A stretch of 64,000 bases of DNA from Phallusia mammillata (GCA_965637545.1 OZ281494.1:25482001-25546000); one strand, 5' to 3'. Shown: positions 40,501-50,640, numbered from the stretch's first letter. Numbers and translations are program-made. The notes: a model not told the origin generated them from the letters alone.

Positions 40501-43120
40501 TAACCTTTACGCAAAGTTGCCTCTACTTATAATCATATTCTTGAACCGAGTAGATCGGGGAAAAATCGACGAAATCATCAAACAACGTAATTCCATTTAA
40601 CGAGATAACAAAAAATGCAATGCAAATAACCCAAAACCACAAATATAACTGTGTAACGGTTACATGACATAGAATTTATTATTTGTAATGAAATACTGTT
40701 TGGAAAATATGTTATTAGAAAAAAATCTAATTAAAAATTTAGACTACGGCGTATACCACAATAAACAAACATATATTTGTACAGATTCGTACAATTGTTC
40801 TTTCATGAGAAAATAAAACCAATAAAGCACCTGTAATAATACAAAAAAGGTTTCGTTCACAAAGGTACTGAGGTTGTTTATGTGAGAGCATTTGAAAAGA
40901 GACGAAGCGAATCGTCAATAAACTTCGTAGCATGTGAAATCGAATGTCTCCGTCATGCGATAGACAATTTTTGCTTGTTTGAAACGGCAACGCTAAATTC
41001 TATTGCCACGCGGTTGAAACCAAACGAATTAAACCGAATTTTTATTTACGAAGTTCAGTTTACAGTAACAATACTTTAAAATAACTTCAAAGGCAAAATC
41101 GAAAGAACAGTGGTTGTTTGGAAGTATCTAATAATAGAATTTTGATCTTTTAAGAACGTGGGTCGAATAAGGATAAAGTTTATCAGCATTTAGTTTAACA
41201 AGGTTCACATTCTTACAAACGCTATCAGCACGGTTTGGTTCACATACAGGTAGCTTTGTTTGTAAACAAACCACGGCTGTTTACATTTCAGATTACGATA
41301 ATCTTTTTTGTTTAATGCCCAGTGGCTGTGTGCCTGCAAGTGCTAAAGAAACAACTGCAAGCTGTAATTAAACAAACCAACGTTTTTTTTGCTTCGCATA
41401 ACGTTTTTTTTACCAGTACGCAGGAAATATAAAAATGCCAAAAACATTTATTATGTCGTGTTTGCTGAGAATGCGCTTTTTTGCAAAATAACGAGTATAT
41501 TTGTGATGTTAATATTTGTAATGACTTGCATTGACCCTCAAAACGTATTTGTTTTTACTTTTATGGCAATTATGCAATCTCATATTGTTCTAACAAACGT
41601 TTAGGGCTTCACCACGAAACTTTTCCGTGGCCCGAATTTGAATACAGATTAGTCTGATTATAATGACAATCATAAACATATCCGTAAGTGGTGCTTCATA
41701 AAATTTCTAATTTCTTACGGCATCATACGGTCATACAAACAAGTGACAAATTGGCAAGAATGTTGCGTTTATGCTTGGCGCTTCACTATATGTTTGACGC
41801 GCAAATTTGTTGGCACAACAATCTTGAAAATAACTTAGTCGCTATTTAAACCGATTTACGCAAGGCTTAACGGTTCTCGACGAAGGCGCACAAACAATTA
41901 TACCGACGCCATGGACCTTTTTAGTGGAACGAGGCTCATTGATTTGATCGAAGCCCAACGCGTTTGCTGTTGCCCGCAATTTTATGTCAAGACTTTCGTC
42001 GAAAAATCCGATTATAGAAAGCGACTAGGCTTGTTAACCCAACTCACTCAATTTTACTGTTCAACACAATGGTGTTGTAGTTGTCAGTCGACTTGTTGCC
42101 TTTGCACCCATTCAAGATCAAACCAGGTGCTTTCGATCTTTACAGACGAGTTAAAACGCATGAAAACTGGAAAGGCCATTGTTCAGCAACCGTGAAATCC
42201 ACGGTAGAGAAGTTGCGAGTCTCTACACTTTGCGGTTAAGAGTTCTCGGCTAACGAAGCAAACTTGGTGGAGTGGTGCACTTTAGCGTATTGTGTAAAAT
42301 TGAAGCTTTGATTGGCTTTTCAGATTAAAGCACCTCGAACTTTTTAACTGCTCAGCAAAATACGTAAATCCACTGTCTATAGATGCTATAGCGAAGCCCC
42401 ATCGGGCTTGTAAAAACAAGAAAATTTTTGGCCGTGAGTCATACAAGTCACGCTATAGTTTTCACAAACGAAGCACTTAAAACTTGTTCGACGTTAGGTG
42501 CGCAAACAGAATACATTAAACTTGTATGACGATTACATGTAACGCTGATAAATATAACATGTATCCTTAATGTTGGCCACCTACATATATAACAACCCCT
42601 AAATGGAGGAAAGTGTACGAAAAAAATTGGTAATTGCGACCAATAAAGTAGTACATGGATTACCGCAACTACCACAATAACTTGGATCACACAGTAAAAA
42701 AACGCCCTGCAAATCGCACAAAGAACCAGTAACTCGACCTAATTAAGTAAACAACTTACTACAGGTGAAATTACAGGCAGATAAGGGAGCCAGAAACCCT
42801 TGCCGAAATTGACGAACAACTGATTCCGCCCAACTAATCGCTAATCGTTTCTTTGTGTGGTGAAGTACGAGGTATCGTGTTTCAATTAGATTTGTAACGA
42901 TTATATGCCGCAAACCAGAACGGACCAAAGACCTTGCAATTGCTATCAGTAACATACAAACATAAATTACCCATTTCCCACGCGAAAATATATGTTTTAA
43001 TGTTTCTATTGCATATACTAACCGTGGTTCAAGTACTGGATCCCATTGAATTTCGAACTTGGCGGCGGTCAGAAACCTTGGTCCAAATGCGATGAGAAAA
43101 ATTGAAGCTACAAATAACAT
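31566..43120 (-). CDS. EFNA: GPI-anchored (A-type) ephrin, paralogue 4 (232 aa), opposite strand
   Basis: Minus-strand exons 43120-43023, 39001-38838, 37214-37089, 32862-32779, 31792-31566; 699 nt, in frame. MLFVASIFLIAFGPRFLTAAKFEIQWDP; LEVDVDDWLDIICPY; KLTTKFQKRSPSPVGFVFKPGHTYYYF; CDKDILKLVI; tail DNAA...FGLTLSSFLIALLMCMYVA. Most exons are too short to appear in the ORF track. Confidence 0.93.
40252..40294. repeat. Short tandem duplication, period 23
   Basis: AATTGTTATGCAAGTTGCGA occurs exactly at 40252-40271 and 40275-40294. Confidence 0.85.
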
Positions 43121-43154
43121 TCTCCAACAATTTTTAATTACAAATGCTAACAAC

Positions 43155-43256
43155 CTATTAAACCGAAGATAAATCAAAGCGTTATGCACGTGTACATCGC
43201 GTAATCAGAACACCATACTTGTTACCTGGTGCAAGTATCAATTAACAGCACTTATA
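43155..43256 (-). promoter_or_regulatory. Candidate TATA-like box plus upstream splice acceptor of ephrin-4
   Basis: Minus-strand TATAAG at 43256-43251; acceptor TTTAATAG ending at 43155, 34 nt before the ATG. A CAG|GTAAC donor-like site at 43225 allows a cis-intron alternative. Confidence 0.35.
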
Positions 43257-43552
43257 AAACTTAAGACTGACTTTGATGCTTGAGAGAGCTGTATGACTAG
43301 AAGCACTACTAACAATATTTCATGCAGTAGTTTCTGCACACTGAACAACCTTGCATTGCTAAAACTTCCTCCCATTACTGCAACACACAGCAAATCTGGT
43401 TTTCTTCCCTTCGCTCGAACCGCTGGCAAAAGGGAGATTTTGAGATGCGCGTTCAAGCGAAGACTCTGTTACAATGCACTACTGCCGCATGTGGCAAATT
43501 TCCACATTGGGTGATTACCACTTAAAACAGGACCGGCTCGAAGATGATAGAG

Positions 43553-43839
43553 CAGGGATCGGCAACCCCTGGCACGCGTGCCAAGATTGGCACGCGAGGT
43601 TGTTTTTGATGGCACGCCAACCGATTTGCGTGTTTATATTGAAGTAACAATTTAACCTGTTACACTGCTTGTTTATAGTTTTTATCATCCCATTGTCTTA
43701 AAATTAAGCATTACACGCACAAAACACTCTGCTTTCTCCTTATTATTGATATCTGCTGGCACAAACGCACGCGAGGTCATTAACACATGGAAGTAACAAG
43801 TAAATTGGCACGAGTCGCCTAAAAGGTTGCCGACCCCTG
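43553..43839. mobile_element. hAT MITE (287 bp) between ephrin-4 and the kinase-Kelch gene
   Basis: TIRs CAGGGATCGGCAACC / GGTTGCCGACCCCTG; subterminal GGCACG repeats; perfect 8-bp TSD TGATAGAG on both sides. Confidence 0.92.
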
Positions 43840-44563
43840 TGATAGAGTTTGTTTCAAAACTTTTGTAATTAATTTTATGGTTGTATGTTGTAACATACCG
43901 TATACCACAAAAGGTCATGTATATGGAAACGGCCAGCAAACCAATTCTAGTTTTCACTTTGTCAAATTTAAAATTAATTTACAGTTATTTTACTTGACTG
44001 TACTATAAATGTGTTATAGTCTACATTAGAACAACTAACTTATGGGCGTTATCGTCACATCATGTTTCCTACACTCTTTGCACTGGAATAACGATCAATT
44101 CAAATTCATTTCAAGTGTTAATCGAGTATCGTTAGCAAATTAAGCATTTGCTCGCATAGGTAAATTGAACCAATTACAAAAAAGGAAATTAAATGCATTA
44201 AGATGACATTACCATTAATCTGCTATCAGGCAATAAGGCTTCTTCGTCATTGGGTAGGCTTTCTGGTTTCGCCTGGACGTTGCGCGTTTCAAACGGAAAT
44301 GACGTTGACTCCAGCTTCGTCGACACGTTAAAGTTTCAAGGATAGTAGAACAGCAGCGAAAACCCTGATTTGTATTCAGATGAGCAAATCTGCGTGCAAT
44401 TACTACGTTTAGACGTGCAACTCGGCATGTTTCCGTTCATGCGATTCATCATAACGGGTGTTTTATTTTGACTAGCGCACAGCGGCGTAGGTCAATTTTT
44501 GCAAGAGAAATTATTAGTTGGACTACTTTTCATATTCTTGTGGAGGGTAAAACAACAATCGAT

Positions 44564-47500
44564 ATGATACAGGCAGGTGAGCTTGTGACCGTTTTAAGCT
44601 CCACCGCTACCGTCGGTTTTGGAAGCTTTGGAAAGGTCCTCGACTGTTATCATCGCTCCTACGGCCGCGTTGCTGTCAAATGTATCCAAATAAATGGAAC
44701 TGCACAGAGTTTAAGTGAAATAGAAAACAAGTGAGTTGAATCGTTTAACATTTTGTCCCTCAAAATTTATAAAATACCATTATTATGTCTTATTTCGGCT
44801 GATTGAACCCAAACAGTATACGTCAATTGCGAACAATAATGATGCCACCAATTAGCCTCTTAAACAATCTATATCACCTAACAGTGTATTGTTGATTGCC
44901 AATTATGAAACTGAAAAATAGCTCGGAAATCAAACGTTTAAACATTCTTTCGTAACTTTTTTTATCAACCTTTTACAAGCGTTTTTATCTTAGAATGGTG
45001 TTATAACCCTATATACAATGAAAATAGAAATTACTTTTTCACAGTCTTACCAACGGTTTGTCGGAGTTGAAGAAGATTAACCATGGGAGTATTGTTCAAC
45101 TTTATGCTGTAACAGCGTGGTCCTGCAACTTTGGGATTGTTACAGAATTCATGGAGGGTGGAAGTCTCAGCGATTTTCTGTCGGAGAGCAATCTTTCCGT
45201 TATCCCTTGGTGTTTAAGGTTATGTATAGCACATGAAATAACAAAAGCGCTATCATTTCTGCACCTGATCGACCCAAAAAAGCCAATAGTCCACGGAAAT
45301 CTCAAACCACAAAATGTTTTGCTGACTGCCGATTTGCGTGCAAAAGTGGCTGACGTAGGGCTGGCTCACGTGATGACGTCATCCGGCGCGTCGAATTCTG
45401 TTCACAACGGTTCGACAAACCACAGCTCTGTCTTGTACTCCGCACCTGAGTTGTTAGATGATATCACTATGGAATACACGACTGCAATGGATATTTACAG
45501 GTATATTAGTATACATAAGAAAGGCATGGGTTTTCATAAATTTGAATGTCAACATAAAAAGCAAATGTCTTGCAGCTTTGCGATGGTTGTTTATGAAATT
45601 CTTGCAAGAAACCGTGTTTTTCAAAAAGTATCAGGCAATCTTGCACTGGTTATTTCCACGATTCTAAGCAAGGGACAAAGGCCAGACCAACAACCACTGC
45701 GATCTATTCGAGCAAAGATGAAACAAGGTCATCAGGATTTGATCATATTTGACGTTTTGTGCAAAACCATGCTGGAATGTTGGGACCAAAATCCAGCATA
45801 TAGGCCTCACATAAATACTGGTAATTATAATACCTTACTGTACAACAACGTTTACTTGACCTGTTTAAGTAATAATGCCAGAGAGTTTAACATATGGTGA
45901 ATATAATGATTACATATGTTGGATATAATGAGGAATGTAATGATCACAAATGTAAACCTCTATACAACAACTTTAATCTCAAATAATCGCCCCAGTCGAT
46001 CGACCAGAAAGAGTAATTCGCATGCAAAGTTACTAAAACCTTTGTAAGATGTTGGTATTACGCTGCACCACACTATTTCGACAGTTGGAAAAGAAATCGG
46101 TTGCCATGTTTCTTCAATAAGCGAAACGGAGATGCTACAGGCCCGATTGTGTGCACTCAACCGTCGCGATCGCAATAGAAACTGGCACTATGACCAAGTT
46201 GAACATGTTCCCCTTTCTGAATGTTGGCAGAACGAATTGGCTTTGAAAAGCCCGCTTTCACCAACCACCAGTGAAGTCGGTATGTGTATAATTACAAAGT
46301 ACTGGTATGCTTCCAGTAGTATTTTCGTTTCTAGAACATGACCTCTTAAAGCAGTGTTCCCACTTTGTAGTTGCATACTGCTGGCAAAATACTTTTTGTC
46401 GGTGCAATTGTTTTTACATTGTAAGTAAAAACTTGAAACTTAATGTGCTCTGTGGGGCCGCTTTCCTAAGAAATGAAATCAACGAGGAGGCCAGGCATTA
46501 TTTACAATTTAAACATGTATAGTAGTTGCACTCTTTAAAAGCACTTTTCGCTGTACCCTTTAAAACTCTTTGAAAAAAACAAACACTGCCTTGATACTGG
46601 TGGGTTCTCAATTTAAACTCAATAACTACTTTTTTTTAAAAAAAAACACGCTGGTTTCGATACCGTCGCTTCATTAATGCACACAAAAACAAGAATACAA
46701 GAAACACTCACCAAAAGAGTTTGATACAGTTTAAAATAACATCGATATTCCAACGTATTTCAAGCAACAACAAAGTAGAAACGTACCACAACTCGCCCGA
46801 AATTGAATAACTGCAATTCGAATTATCAATTTTACTGAATAACGCCTCTTTGACGTCATAGACGGTCCCTGTGTTGTAAGAAAAAGGTGCGTGCAAATGG
46901 CGGCAAACGAAGATTTTATGAACCAATATTAGTATTTATTTCAAAATGGATGTTTCACGCAATACACTTTTTAACAAAATAATCTCACTCAAATATAATT
47001 ATGTTTAGATTGGCAGTATGTGGACCCGCAACCTGTACAAAAAACATCACCTGTAAAAACGGTCGAAGAACTTTCAATCATATTTTTTGTGACCAACGAA
47101 GTTCAACAGTGTGATGTTTTCCAGTTTCTTCCCTCTTCGAAAACATTTGTTGAATTTCCGGTCAGTAGGTTAATACAAAAATCGACATGTTCGTATAGTT
47201 TAGTACAGGGGTGCGCAACCTGCGGCCGTACGGCCGCATGCGGCCGAAGAGACGAGTTTGTGCGGCCGTGAGCACGTTTATTAAATTATGTGTAACTGGC
47301 GGCCGTAACGTAAATAAGACTCTATTGCTAAATATTTTAATTTTTAAATTGCTCTAAACAGTTTTTGTGATACTAAAAAGAGTATTACCAGCCTAGAAGC
47401 CACATACGTCGGCCTTTTTATACGCCTATTGTGTGCAAACAATGCGAACAAAACAGGTGCTACAAACATCACAATGTAGTCTATGCCATCACAAACACTT

Positions 47501-49211
47501 AAGGCTGTTCAGCTTAATCTGTGGACCAGGTTAGAAAATTGGGATTTTTGGGCGTGATTGCATGGTGTATATATGATATAAACTAATTTCCTTCAATCAG
47601 TAATTTTAAAACAAAAACAAGCAGGTAAATGGCGGCCGTTAGTGAAATAAGAATCCGCGATGCGGCCGTCGTAGCAAAAAGGTTGTGCATCCCTGGTTTA
47701 GTAGAATGACATAAATGCCAAAAGACAATTTATTAAAGCAACATTTCAACATTCATCAAGTACATGTTGCTACCTTATTAGAAACTATTTTGGGACTGGA
47801 ACGACTCTACGGCCGTTGTTCTGCAAAACTCGTTGTACGTTATTGGCTCCAATTCAGTATTTAGCTTGAAACTGAGCGGAAGTGCTACTTCTTCATGGGA
47901 AGCAAAATCGCCAATGCTGCATACAAGGACACACACTGCTGCAGCAGTCATCAAAGGTGCATTATTGATGGACACAAAAATTCAGTAAAAAAAACACAAG
48001 AAGAGATCAAAAGCACAAATTCGAGAGCACTTTACACTTTGCATACTTTAACAGCCTATGTAAACTCAAACGGCGTATTCACATTATTAGCCTCCAAACA
48101 TTTTGATCATAGCACACCAATGCAAAATCAGCAGGGGGCAGTGTTCACATAGAATTTCCATTGCAGGTGAAATATATGTGTTTGGGGGCATTGACGAAAA
48201 CCGGAAAGTTCTGTCGTCGATTGAATGCTACAATCCATCGAGCAACACATGGAGAAACAGAGGAAAGTTAAAGAAGCGTAGATTTGGACACAACGCTATT
48301 GTCTATAAAGGTAGCCTACTTCGTCAGACCTTATTAATTAGTATTCACACTATAATGTTTGGCTTATCATTAGGAAAAGCATATTGCATTGGAGGAGCAA
48401 ATGCAAACGTCGAATGTTACGATCCCAAGGACAAAACCACTACAATCCTCACCAGGACACCAAATAGAAACGGATTTGCAACTGTTATATGCAACGGAGT
48501 CATTTATGATATCGGTAGGTCTGCATATTTACCACCTTGTTAATTGTAATGTGACAAAATGCAAGCGTCATCAGGCCTTATTCATCAAATACTGACAATC
48601 AAAGTTAAGCATTATGCTTATTTTTGAACCCATGTGTTTTATTTATAACTTTACTTAGTTTTACATGTATGTGCGTCAACCTGCACACCTAACATAATAT
48701 TCATATGGCGAAACATATACTTTTCAAAGATTATAGGCCAAAGTCAAATTTACAATATTTTTTGCAGGCCGAAAAGCTAAAACTCAAACTCGAGGTAAGC
48801 ATGTGAGGGTAATTGCGTGTAAAATCCTGCATTATTGCCTATTAGCAGAAAAGATATGAAAACATCTTTATCTGCAGGTGGTTCCATCAAAGGTCAGGCA
48901 ATCCACTTTAATATTGATTGCTACGACATTTCATCGGACTTGTGGAAAAGAGCCGATGACCACAAAACTGACCGATCGCAAGGTTGCGCATGCGCAATAG
49001 GTGACAAGGTGTACCTTGTTGGAGGGTAAGTTTCCATTGAGCACTAAATAATGTTTATGCAGTTTTATCCCCAAATTCGGTTTGCCTTGTCAACAGGTTT
49101 AGCAAAGTGACATCAACGCAGTTCATCGAGGAATACGACACAGTTTTAAAGCGCTGGAGAACGGTGACTACCATGAACCACGGGTTTATCAAACATGTCT
49201 GTGTTTCGTAA
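44564..49211 (+). CDS. RIPK-like (TKL group) probable pseudokinase fused to six-bladed Kelch propeller (657 aa)
   Basis: Exons 44564-44730, 45045-45500, 45576-45820, 46049-46279, 47009-47160, 47782-47956, 48167-48310, 48374-48514, 48878-49025, 49097-49211; all GT-AG, 1974 nt, single open frame. Kinase motifs GFGSFG, VAVK, HGNLKPQN, DVG, YSAPE, DIYSF, CWDQNPAYRP. Kelch motifs LYVIGS, IYVFGG..ECYNP..W, AYCIGG, IYDIGG, VYLVGG..EYD..W. The two linker exons (46049-46279, 47009-47160) are the least certain. Confidence 0.82.
47206..47695 (+). mobile_element. hAT MITE (490 bp), copy A, in intron 5 of the kinase-Kelch gene
   Basis: Ends CAGGGGTGCGCAACC / GGTTGTGCATCCCTG; repeated subterminal GCGGCCG; perfect 8-bp TSD GTTTAGTA; near-identical to 49827-50321 in inverted orientation. 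Confidence 0.95.
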
Positions 49212-49460
49212 AGATGTAGTACCAATGCTAAAATATAGTGTACAAATCAGTTCAGTGTTATTTGTTTACCTTTTTTCGTAAATCCGCAATTAAATCAAAA
49301 TGAGCAAATTAGATGTTGCAATTTCTCGCAGTACGGCTGTGTAGACTGGCGTATAGACTTTTGTGCTTACATCTACCGTGGAAAAGATGAGTAGGACCAC
49401 GTGAGCGGCCATAGGTTGACGTAGCACATGTAGCTGCAGCATTTATACCAGTATGTAGGC

Positions 49461-49768
49461 CAGTGGTTCTCAACTGGTAGTCCATGGACCACTACTGGTC
49501 CATGATGACTTTGTGGCTGGTCCATAGGACGCCCATTAACTTAAGGGATAAACTGGAGATGATTGTATATCACATATTGAAAGAGTGTCAAAATGTTAGC
49601 TGTTATAATAATTGTATCTCATTTGTTGAAAATCGGGTTTAATCAATTATGTTTCAAGCCCAAATAGTTTTGTATGCGTACTTCGGTATTGCTCAAAAAT
49701 AAAATGGTCCACGATATTATTTTTACTCGGGCGGTGGTCTATGGCCTGAAACGAGTTGAGAACCACAG
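49461..49768. mobile_element. hAT MITE (about 308 bp) downstream of the kinase-Kelch gene
   Basis: Ends CAGTGGTTCTCAACT / AGTTGAGAACCACAG; subterminal GGTCCAT repeats; TSD not intact (left ATGTAGGC; right end looks partly deleted). Confidence 0.65.
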
Positions 49769-49826
49769 GCCTAACCAAAAACCATAAACTGAGGCTAAAC
49801 ACTGGCCTTGATTCAAGGCCCTTGAA

Positions 49827-50321
49827 CAGGGATGCACAACCTTTTTGCTACGACGGCCGCATCGCGGATTCTTATTTCACTAACGGCCGCCATTTACCTG
49901 CTTGTTTTTGTTTTAAAATTACTGATTGAAGGAAATTAGTTTATGTCATATATAGGCCTACACCATGTAATCATGCCCAAAAAGCCCAAATTTCTAACCT
50001 GGTCCACAGATTGAGCTGCACAGCCTTAAGTGTTTGTGATGGCATAGACTACATTGTGATGTTTGTAGCACCTGTTTTGTTCGCATTGTTTGCACACAAT
50101 AGGCGTATAAAAAGGCCGACGTATGTGGCTTCTAGGCTGGTAATACTCTTTTTAGTATCACAAAAACTGTTTAGAGCAATTTAAAAATTAAAATATTTAG
50201 CAATAGAGTCTTATTTACGTTACGGCCGCCAGTACACATAATTTAATAAACGTGCTCACGGCCGCACAAACTCGTCTCTTCGGCCGCATGCGGCCGTCCG
50301 GCCGCAGGTTGCGCACCCCTG
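49827..50321 (-). mobile_element. hAT MITE (495 bp), copy B, inverted relative to copy A
   Basis: Reverse complement of 47206-47695 with few differences; has its own perfect 8-bp TSD CCCTTGAA. Confidence 0.95.
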
Positions 50322-50339
50322 CCCTTGAATGACCAGTTC

Positions 50340-50640
50340 CAGTTCGTCAACCGTCCAAGTGGTAACCTAGCTCAAAGTTGCCTAACTTTCGAAAAAAGTG
50401 ACTGTAAACTTTGAGTGATGGTTTGTCGTAGAGAACGTGAGATTGTCCAACACGGAATCCCTAAATGTACTGAGTGTCATTAATGCGGTTGCGCAGCAGA
50501 AATCTATTTGTCGGTAGATGTCAGAAACTTGGCGTGGGCAGCCAGGGCAGGTGCCTACTAGAGTCCGTGAACCGTGAATTATTGCGTCAAAAAACAGCAT
50601 TTACAAGGAAACAAGTAATGAAATAAGTATGGATTGAAGT
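50340..50640. promoter_or_regulatory. CpG-retaining patch upstream of VPS25, probable promoter
   Basis: Last CpG-rich stretch before the CpG-poor VPS25/GMPS gene bodies; no supportable ORF. Inference only. Confidence 0.35.

Noticed and set aside
46049-47160. RHIM or death-fold module in the RIPK-like protein
   Set aside because: No (I/V)Q(I/V)G core and no helical death-domain-like segment in the linker.
47206-50321. Evidence that the MITE-flanked Kelch block already moved as one composite transposon
   Set aside because: The outer flanks carry different 8-mers (GTTTAGTA versus CCCTTGAA) and each copy has its own TSD, so the insertions were independent.
50340-50640. Structured ncRNA or SINE upstream of VPS25 (minus-strand T6 near 50392-50397)
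   Set aside because: No match from memory to snRNA, RNase P/MRP, SRP, 7SK or tRNA A/B boxes; kept only as a probable promoter. An Infernal/Rfam scan would be decisive.
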